Positions 56,550-64,000 of a DNA stretch of 64,000 nucleotides are shown piece after piece. The position numbers and the translations under genes were made by a program. Where the stretch lies: positions 2,691 through 66,690 of the forward strand of contig DATDXA010000029.1 of assembly GCA_035289485.1 (NCBI GenBank), read 5' to 3'. How positions within the stretch are numbered: position 1 is the first letter of the stretch; every line of letters starts with the position of its first letter. The notes below the pieces were generated by a model that did no database searches, was not told the DNA's origin, and saw only the letters and a program-made list of their open reading frames with translations. The stretch is from an archaeon. Lineage in GTDB: Archaea > Iainarchaeota > Iainarchaeia > Iainarchaeales > Iainarchaeaceae.

Positions 56550-59500
56550 ATGTCGACTGATTTTACAAAAAGCGGCGCGGCAAAACTTTTGCTCTTTTTT
56601 GCGGTGTTTATTGCCACGGCGGCTTTGATGATTAATTTCACGGCAACCGGTTTTGCACCCCTCTCCGGCGCGGGCTCGGGGCTTGTCGCACACTACACAT
56701 TCGATGAGGGAAGCGGCACAACCTCGGTTGATTTTAGCGGGCAGGGAAATAACGCAACGCTTGTCGGCAGCGCATCTTGGGCCGCGGGAAAAACCGGGCA
56801 GGCGCTTTTGGTTTCAGGCGGCTCAAGAGCCACAATATCGGGGGACAGAATAGGCACAGGAGCGGCAACTATTTGCGCATGGATAAACCCCTCAGCAGTG
56901 ACATACCTTCACTCAATCGTTTCCACTACCGCTTTCCAGTTACAGGCCTTCAATACGGGAAGCGGCAGCAGCTACAGCATTTATCTTTTGAATAATTCGG
57001 CGGCATGGCAGAACACTGCGATTTCGGCCGGCGGAATAACCCCCGGGCAGTGGGCACATGTGTGCGCGGTAAGGCAGAGCAGCGGAAACACCACCCTCTA
57101 TGTTAACGGCGCGCAATCTGGAGCGGCAAACCAGTTCGCGGGCACACCGGTAAATAATTACGGCGGCGTCCCGCTCACACAAACAACAATCGGCGCGGAC
57201 CCAAACGGCAGCGCCGCATTCACAGGCAGCATCGATGACGTGCGCATCTACAACAGGGAACTGCCGGCAAACGAAGTGCAAGAACTCTACAACGGAGCCC
57301 CAGCAGTTCCTGACACGCAAGCGCCGAGCACACCAACAGGGCTGAATGCAACCGCAGCATCCCAAAGCCAGATAAATCTCACATGGAACCCGTCATCGGA
57401 CAACGTCATTATAATCGGATATAATGTGTACAGGAACGGAACGCATGTCGGCACAGCCACAACAACAGCATACAACGACACAGGCCTTGCCGCAAACACC
57501 GCATACTCATACACCGTGGCGGCATACGACGCCGCAGGAAACACAAGCGCGCAATCATCACAGGCAAGCGCAACAACAACATCAACCCCGCCCGCAACAT
57601 TCACCCTAACAGTTGCAAAGTCCGGGACCGGAAGCGGAACCATTTCAGGCGGCGCAATCAACTGCGGAACAACCTGCACACAAACAGCAATCACAACAGG
57701 AACACAAATCACACTCACAGCAAACCCCGCAACCGGCTCAACATTCACAGGCTGGAGCGGAGCATGCACAGGAACAACAAACTGCACACTCACAATCGGC
57801 GCAAACACAAGCACAACCGCAACATTCAACACAACAAGCGGCGGAGGTTCCGGCAACACAATAAATGTGAACTGCTCTGGCAACATCACAACCGCACTGC
57901 AAAACGCAATAAACTCCGCCTCGGACGGGGACACAATCAACATCGGCGCGGGAAGCTGCTCTGCTGGCCAGGTTTCTTGGGTGAACAAGAACATAACCGT
58001 GAGGGGCCAGGGAATTGGCGCAACCAACGTGAGCGGGCTGTCATTTGATGTCAAAAATAGCACAAAATCGGCTTTCAGAATCACGGGCATGAGTGTGGGC
58101 GCGGCGCCGCAATGGCGCATCAACGCCGACAACAGGACAACCGGCATAAAGGGCTGGAGGCTTGATCACATCGAATGGTCATATCCCACGTGCACGCAAA
58201 ACATTGCGGTGATGATTGACGGCATTACCTGGGGCCTTATTGACAACAGCGTGTTCCGGAATGCGGGCAACGCGATTTTCCTACGCAGCTACGCAGAGGG
58301 CACAGACGAGGTAAGCCCATGGCCGCCAGACGGCTCGCCGGGAATGGGCGGCTATTCGTGGCTTCTCCCGCTGAATATGGGCAGCGATGAGGCAGTGTAT
58401 GTTGAGGACAGCACTTTCATAATGGACAATGGCTGCTATTACGGTGTCGGCGATTCATTCTATGGCGGAAAGAGGGTGTTTCGCCACAATACAGTCACCA
58501 ATGCCTATTTCCAGAACCACGCGGCGCGCGGGCATGAAAGGGGCGGAAGCATTAGTTCTGAGGTTTACAACAATGTTTTTGACGCAACGGATTCGGGATG
58601 GTACCGGCCGATACACATAAGGTCCGGCACAGGGGTTGTGTTCAACAACACAATTAAGGGATTTTTCAACAGAATTGATGTGGACGACCAGAGGAGTTGT
58701 GGCGAGAACATCAATTCGCCCTTTGGTGCGTGCAACGGCTCAAGCCCGTGGGACGGGAACCAGCCGGGGCAGAGCGGCTATCCGTGCCTTGACCAGATAG
58801 GCAGGGGCACTGGCCAGTACCCTAATCAGCCGCTGGCACCGTACTATTTCTGGAACAACGGTTCATCCGCCACATGCTCAACTGGCGGGAGCTGCAACAA
58901 CAGCACAAGCATAGGGCAGAGCGCGTGCAGCACATCGCACATACAGGAGGGCAGGGACTACATAATCGGAACGCAAAAGCCAGGGTATTCCCCATACACC
59001 TATCCGCATCCGCTTCAGGGCGGGGTTTCGCCGCCATCTGACACATCGGCGCCAACAGTTCCAGCCGGGCTTGGCGCTTCGCAAACCACTTCCAGTGGCA
59101 CCACGATTTCCTGGAACGCCTCAACAGACAACACGGGCGTCACAGGATACAGGGTCTACAGAAACAGCGTTCAAATAGGCACGGCAACCGGCACATCATA
59201 CGCCGACACCGGCCTCTCACCCTCAACAACATACTCATACAGAATCTCCGCATACGACGCCGCAGGAAACACAAGCGCACAATCAAGCGCACTCTCGGTA
59301 ACAACAAGCGCGGGAACAGCAACATTTACCCTAACAGTTGCAAAGTCCGGGACCGGAAACGGAACAGTCTCAGGCGGCACAATCAACTGCGGAACAACCT
59401 GCACACAAACAGCAACAACAGGAACACAAATCACACTCACAGCAAACCCCGCAACCGGCTCAACATTCACAGGCTGGAGCGGAGCATGCACAGGAACAAC

Positions 59501-62500
59501 AAACTGCACACTCACAATAAACACCAACACAAGCGCAACCGCAACATTCAACACAACAACCCCGCCACCCACCGGAGGGCTGATACCAGCAGACAGGCTC
59601 AATGACTGGACCTATACGGGCGTTCCAGGCGGCATACCTAACAGGACCACGATTTGCGCGACTTTAAATCCGGGGGCGAGCGCAAGCCAGATTAACAGCG
59701 CAATCTCCTCGTGCAACAACGGAGTGGTCTATCTCAACGCTGGCACTTACAATGTCACTGGAATCCAGCTCTACAAGAGCAATGTGACCTTGCGAGGGGC
59801 TGGCGCCGACAAGACAATTCTCAAGGGCGGCAATATCATTGCAATGGGCAACGGAGGCAATTCAGCATCCGGCATATCCATAACAGGCGGAACAGCCAAG
59901 GGCTCAACGGCGATTACAGTCAGCAACACAAGCGGCCTGTCCGCAGGCATGATGATAGAAATTGACAGGGCAAACGACCCGGGCGTGGTCGTATCCACAA
60001 CGGGCAACGCTTCACGTTTCATCCGCCAGGTCAACAGGATAAAATCCATCAGCGGCAATACAATCAACCTGGAAAATCCGCTTTTCTATAATTTCAACTC
60101 AAGCCCCACAATCAGATACACATTCCCCACATTTACGAGCATGAGCGGTGTTGAAGACCTCAAGCTCGACCACTCAGGGAGCGGTTCATCTGGTTATGCA
60201 TTTTACACCAATTATTGCTATGGCTGCTGGGTCAAAGGAGTCCATTCATACAACCCCTATGGATTTCATATGGTCATTCTTGGCACTCTGAATATCGAGA
60301 TTAGGGACTCTTTTTTCAATGACGCCCAGACAGTGGGAGCCAACAACGCAGGGCTTGCGGTGTATGGAAGCGACCTATACGGCTCAAACAGCAACATGAA
60401 AATAGAAAACAACATTTTTGACAAATCGTTCCCCGGAATTGAACTGCAAAATTCCACCAGCGGCAACTATCTTGGCTACAACTACGGGCATGCAACCCAG
60501 GTCGTACCCGACGATTACTTCACCACATGGATGTTCCTTGACAATCACGGCCCGCATGACATGATGAACCTGTGGGAAGGCAATACCGGCGAGCTCTTCG
60601 GCTCTGATGGGTATTTCGGCGGCTCAAGCCACGGCGTGGCATTCCGCAACAATTTCACAGGAGTAAACCTGCGCGGGCCGCAAAACCCTGACAATCCGGT
60701 GCGCCTCAACCGCCTGTCCTATTACTACACGCTGGTCGGAAACGTCCTCGGTTCGCCAAGCGCAAGGCCGGTCAAATATGAGCAGGCAAGCGACGGGTGC
60801 GGCGATGGCCTTGCAGTATACCGGCTTGGCTATCCCAACATCGGCAATTGCGGGCTCACCGATGTTACCGGAAACAACGTGCCAGGCGGCATGAGTTATC
60901 CTGATGCCAAGGTCAAATCAACCCTTTTCAGGTGGGGCAATTATGATTACTTCAATAACGCCGCGCGCTGGGATTCAAGCGAAATACCGGCAGGTGTCGC
61001 AGTCCCCGCCACCCAGGCACTGCCAGATTCGCTCATATACAGTTCAAGGCCTTCATGGTGGCCATCGGCAGTTGCATGGCCCCCAATAGGCCCCGATGTT
61101 GCGGCAAAGGCCAATAAGATTCCCGCACAGCTATGTTTTGAAAATAACAATATCGCGAACGGCGGCGCCTTCAATGCGGCTTCATGCTATGGGTCGACTA
61201 CATCACCGACATGCACTTCTTTTACTTATTCCGCTTGGGGCGCATGTATTGGAGGGATGCAGACGCGGACGGTGCTTTCAAGTTTGCCAAGCGGGTGCAC
61301 GGGCGGCAGCCCAATCACTTCGCAGGCATGCACGGTTGCAAACAACCCGCCAACGGTTTCTATCACAAGCCCCGCGAACAACACAACGCTCTCATCCCCG
61401 TCAAGCGTTACAATCACGGCGAGCGCAAGCGACAGCGACGGCGCAATCAACAAGGTCGAATTCTTCAACGCAGCAACACTCATAGCAACAACCACAACCC
61501 CGCCCTACACAACAACACTCAACAACCCAACCGCCGGAACATACACGCTCACGGCAAAAGCAACCGACAACCAAAGCGCAACCACAACCTCCACACCAAT
61601 AACACTCACAATCACACAAGACACAACACCACCCATAAGAAGCAACGGAGAGCCAACAGGAACACTCCCCTCAACAATAACACAAACAAACATCTCACTC
61701 AACACAAACGAACCCGCAAACTGCCGCTACACAACCATAGCAAACACAACCTACAACAACATGGGACTCACACTAACACCAAACACACCAATCTCAACAA
61801 CACACACAACAAACATCACAGGAATACAACCATCAAGAACCTACACATACTACATACGCTGCACCGACAACGCCGGAAACGCCAACACGAACGACTACAC
61901 AATCACATTCACAACAGCAGCACCCTCACCAATAAACGGCTCATGCGGACCAACAAACAACACATGCACACAAGGAACACTAAATGATGTCACAGATTCG
62001 GCAACCAACTACCTCTGGAACTGCAACGGAACAAATGGAGGAACAAACGCAAGCTGCTCAATACCAAAACCGGTAAACGGAGCTTGCGGAACAACACTCA
62101 ATTCCTGCACACAAGGAACACTAAACGACACAGCAGACAACGCAACACAATACCTATGGAACTGCAACGGAACAAACGGAGGAACTGTCGCTAGCTGCTC
62201 GCTTACCAAACCCATAAACGGAACATGCGGAACCGCAGCAAAAGCATACGCACCAACCGAAAACTTCCCCAACGGAAACTACTGCAACACCGGAACACCA
62301 AACCCCACAACACCAACAAACCCAACCACAACAACACCCTCGAACTGGACGTGCACCGGAACCAACGGCGGCACAAACAGCCCAACATGCACCGCAACAA
62401 GAACAGCAACACCAATCAACGGAACATGCTCAAACACGCCCGAAACATGCACAACAGGAACATACACCGATGCAACAGACACACCCACACAATACAACTG

Positions 62501-63518
62501 GAACTGCAACGGAATCAACGGCGGAACGAATGCGACATGCACACAACCAAAACCACCACCAACAGTACAAGACGGAACAACACTTGATGTAATACTTGAC
62601 ACACCACAACAATTCACACTTGCAACACCCGGAACATACAAACTAACCGGAACCGTTATTGCACCAGACGGCGGACAAAACTCAGTATACATAGACATCG
62701 ACACCAACCCCGGAACCGGCGCAGGAACAGGAGACGAAACAAAAGCATGGGGCATGACAATAACAACAACACCACAACAGCAAGACGCAACATGGCAAGG
62801 CAACCCAAAAACATGGACACTCACAACCGGAACACACACACTCTACATAAACACAAGAGAAACAGGAACACAAATCACCACCATTAGATTCACAAACCTA
62901 CAACCAGTAAATGGCATCTGCTCAACAACACTAAACACATGCAACAACGGAACATTCCAAGACGCTACCGACACAGCAACAACCTACAACTGGAACTGCA
63001 ACGGAACAAACGGCGGAACCAACGCCACATGCTCAACACCCAAACCACCAACAGCAACAGACGCCGACGCAGACGGAGTATCAGACGCAGTCGACAGATG
63101 CCCAACACCCCCACTCGCAGCAAACCAAATCAATAGCTACGGCTGCCCAATACCAACAGCAACCAAATTCGACATCAAACCAGACTTCACAAACATGGAC
63201 CTAAACAACGTCACAAACCTAGAAATCGGAATCTCAACCTACGGAAAAATAACATACACCAACACACACCTAACACTCGCAAACATACAAAACGGACTAT
63301 ACCACCCAGCAAACCTCGACAACGACATAAACATCACACGCGGCCTAATCACAGTAAACGCAAACAACATACCCGCACTAAACCAACCAGTAGCAATAAC
63401 ACTCTACAACATAAACGTAACAAACCCAAAAATCAAAAGAAACGGAACAATCTGCACAGAATGCCAAATAATATCAAACACAAACGGAACACTCGTATTC
63501 ACAGTACCCGGATTCTAA
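56550..63518 (+). CDS. Giant secreted multidomain surface protein (2322 aa): LamG/ConA-like lectin domain, FN3 domains, divergent InlB B-repeat-like modules, right-handed beta-helix regions, CNGTNGGTN-Cys repeats and a Thr/Asn/Pro-rich C-terminal region.
   Basis: Signal anchor MSTDFTKSGAAKLLLFFAVFIATAALMINF. LamG-like LVAHYTFDEGSG...VDDVRIYNRELPANEVQELY. FN3 LTWNPSSDN...YRNGTHVGTA...YSYTVAAYDAAGNTS, present twice. FTLTVAKSGTGSGTISGGAINCGTTCTQ...FTGWSGACTGTTNCTL, present twice. Repeated YLWNCNGTNGGTNASCS. Very dense in N-x-S/T sequons. Confidence 0.8.
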   Translation: MSTDFTKSGAAKLLLFFAVFIATAALMINFTATGFAPLSGAGSGLVAHYTFDEGSGTTSVDFSGQGNNATLVGSASWAAGKTGQALLVSGGSRATISGDRIGTGAATICAWINPSAVTYLHSIVSTTAFQLQAFNTGSGSSYSIYLLNNSAAWQNTAISAGGITPGQWAHVCAVRQSSGNTTLYVNGAQSGAANQFAGTPVNNYGGVPLTQTTIGADPNGSAAFTGSIDDVRIYNRELPANEVQELYNGAPAVPDTQAPSTPTGLNATAASQSQINLTWNPSSDNVIIIGYNVYRNGTHVGTATTTAYNDTGLAANTAYSYTVAAYDAAGNTSAQSSQASATTTSTPPATFTLTVAKSGTGSGTISGGAINCGTTCTQTAITTGTQITLTANPATGSTFTGWSGACTGTTNCTLTIGANTSTTATFNTTSGGGSGNTINVNCSGNITTALQNAINSASDGDTINIGAGSCSAGQVSWVNKNITVRGQGIGATNVSGLSFDVKNSTKSAFRITGMSVGAAPQWRINADNRTTGIKGWRLDHIEWSYPTCTQNIAVMIDGITWGLIDNSVFRNAGNAIFLRSYAEGTDEVSPWPPDGSPGMGGYSWLLPLNMGSDEAVYVEDSTFIMDNGCYYGVGDSFYGGKRVFRHNTVTNAYFQNHAARGHERGGSISSEVYNNVFDATDSGWYRPIHIRSGTGVVFNNTIKGFFNRIDVDDQRSCGENINSPFGACNGSSPWDGNQPGQSGYPCLDQIGRGTGQYPNQPLAPYYFWNNGSSATCSTGGSCNNSTSIGQSACSTSHIQEGRDYIIGTQKPGYSPYTYPHPLQGGVSPPSDTSAPTVPAGLGASQTTSSGTTISWNASTDNTGVTGYRVYRNSVQIGTATGTSYADTGLSPSTTYSYRISAYDAAGNTSAQSSALSVTTSAGTATFTLTVAKSGTGNGTVSGGTINCGTTCTQTATTGTQITLTANPATGSTFTGWSGACTGTTNCTLTINTNTSATATFNTTTPPPTGGLIPADRLNDWTYTGVPGGIPNRTTICATLNPGASASQINSAISSCNNGVVYLNAGTYNVTGIQLYKSNVTLRGAGADKTILKGGNIIAMGNGGNSASGISITGGTAKGSTAITVSNTSGLSAGMMIEIDRANDPGVVVSTTGNASRFIRQVNRIKSISGNTINLENPLFYNFNSSPTIRYTFPTFTSMSGVEDLKLDHSGSGSSGYAFYTNYCYGCWVKGVHSYNPYGFHMVILGTLNIEIRDSFFNDAQTVGANNAGLAVYGSDLYGSNSNMKIENNIFDKSFPGIELQNSTSGNYLGYNYGHATQVVPDDYFTTWMFLDNHGPHDMMNLWEGNTGELFGSDGYFGGSSHGVAFRNNFTGVNLRGPQNPDNPVRLNRLSYYYTLVGNVLGSPSARPVKYEQASDGCGDGLAVYRLGYPNIGNCGLTDVTGNNVPGGMSYPDAKVKSTLFRWGNYDYFNNAARWDSSEIPAGVAVPATQALPDSLIYSSRPSWWPSAVAWPPIGPDVAAKANKIPAQLCFENNNIANGGAFNAASCYGSTTSPTCTSFTYSAWGACIGGMQTRTVLSSLPSGCTGGSPITSQACTVANNPPTVSITSPANNTTLSSPSSVTITASASDSDGAINKVEFFNAATLIATTTTPPYTTTLNNPTAGTYTLTAKATDNQSATTTSTPITLTITQDTTPPIRSNGEPTGTLPSTITQTNISLNTNEPANCRYTTIANTTYNNMGLTLTPNTPISTTHTTNITGIQPSRTYTYYIRCTDNAGNANTNDYTITFTTAAPSPINGSCGPTNNTCTQGTLNDVTDSATNYLWNCNGTNGGTNASCSIPKPVNGACGTTLNSCTQGTLNDTADNATQYLWNCNGTNGGTVASCSLTKPINGTCGTAAKAYAPTENFPNGNYCNTGTPNPTTPTNPTTTTPSNWTCTGTNGGTNSPTCTATRTATPINGTCSNTPETCTTGTYTDATDTPTQYNWNCNGINGGTNATCTQPKPPPTVQDGTTLDVILDTPQQFTLATPGTYKLTGTVIAPDGGQNSVYIDIDTNPGTGAGTGDETKAWGMTITTTPQQQDATWQGNPKTWTLTTGTHTLYINTRETGTQITTIRFTNLQPVNGICSTTLNTCNNGTFQDATDTATTYNWNCNGTNGGTNATCSTPKPPTATDADADGVSDAVDRCPTPPLAANQINSYGCPIPTATKFDIKPDFTNMDLNNVTNLEIGISTYGKITYTNTHLTLANIQNGLYHPANLDNDINITRGLITVNANNIPALNQPVAITLYNINVTNPKIKRNGTICTECQIISNTNGTLVFTVPGF

Positions 63519-63589
63519 TAGGCAAAAGCGCAAACTAACGGGACTGGCACTATTTTAAATTCAAAAAATATTCATATTGCAGGGACAAA

Positions 63590-64000
63590 AATGGCGAGGG
63601 CACAAAAGCAAACCAAAGAGGCAAAACTGTTCAGCGGGGCAAATATCTTGTTGTTCCTTGCGGTGTTTTTCCTGACGGCGGCGCTCATGCTCAACTCGAA
63701 CAGGTCAGGCCTTGCCATAATGCTTGAAGGAGTAAGCACATATGAGGTCATTGACGAAGGGGTGCCGCAGGGAGTGTACTTGACAAAAACCGGAAATGGC
63801 AGCGGGAGTGTTTCAAGCAGCCCAAAAGGAATCAGCTGCGGAACCGACTGTGACGAGACTTATGCATTTGGGACATCAGTAACACTTACAGCAAATTCGT
63901 CTACAGGTTCGCAGTTCGGTGGATGGTCAGGGAGCTGTACAGGAACCGGCAGGTGCAGGCTAACAGTTGACGGCGTGAAAAATGTTTCCGCCGCATTCAC
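63590..64000 (+). CDS. Partial CDS running off the window end: secreted protein with an InlB B-repeat-like module.
   Basis: MARAQKQTKEAKLFSGANILLFLAVFFLTAALML, then GSGSVSSSPKGISCGTDCDETYAFGTSVTLTANSSTGSQFGGWSGSCTGTGRCRL. It is edge-truncated. Confidence 0.6.

Noticed and set aside
57287-58147. 286-aa minus-strand ORF, plus many other antisense ORFs inside the 2322-aa gene (57409-57600, 59171-59602, 61184-61987, 62279-62839 and so on).
   Set aside because: The strongly skewed A/C-rich codon usage of the sense strand leaves the antisense frames free of stop codons. All of them lie inside a well-supported multidomain CDS.

Overview
This window reads as an archaeal chromosome segment of about 50% GC. 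The archaeal assignment rests on a geranylgeranyl reductase (an archaeal lipid-saturation enzyme), many class III (K/R-G-Q) pilin signal peptides, a tRNA-Gln with the archaeal A1:U72 acceptor pair and apparent introns, TATA boxes about 25 bp upstream of leaderless start codons, and a PAC2-family protein. Overall it resembles a DPANN-like or other small-genome archaeon. The contents, in order:

1. A roughly 11 kb surface-glycan biosynthesis cluster. It encodes UDP-glucose dehydrogenase, UDP-glucuronate decarboxylase (UDP-xylose synthase), other short-chain dehydrogenase/reductase (SDR) epimerases, three GT2 glycosyltransferases, a flippase-like membrane protein, a putative GT-C enzyme, a methyltransferase and two nucleotidyltransferases.
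2. A 962-aa surface protein, a geranylgeranyl reductase, and a 1585-aa adhesin built from about 13 tandem Ig-like modules.
3. A block of housekeeping genes: DinB, a Kef-type antiporter, a GNAT acetyltransferase, an intron-containing tRNA-Gln, a lone PIN protein, a DUF192 protein and a TRASH-domain protein.
4. Tad-like type IV pilus locus 1: an ATPase plus two TadB/TadC-like half-size membrane proteins.
5. A low-GC island of about 4 kb. It carries an IS-type DDE transposase, an AbrB-like regulator, a winged-helix (wHTH) regulator, two unknown proteins and small secreted proteins.
6. Type IV pilus locus 2: a 763-aa ATPase, a 775-aa PilC/FlaJ-like platform protein and at least seven pilin-like genes. 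Two giant surface proteins (1514 aa and 2322 aa) flank it. An unusual tandem-repeat and hairpin region sits inside the pilin operon.

Most of the novelty is in the attachment-apparatus loci and their giant adhesins, the repeat element family, the low-GC island, and the multi-intron tRNA.
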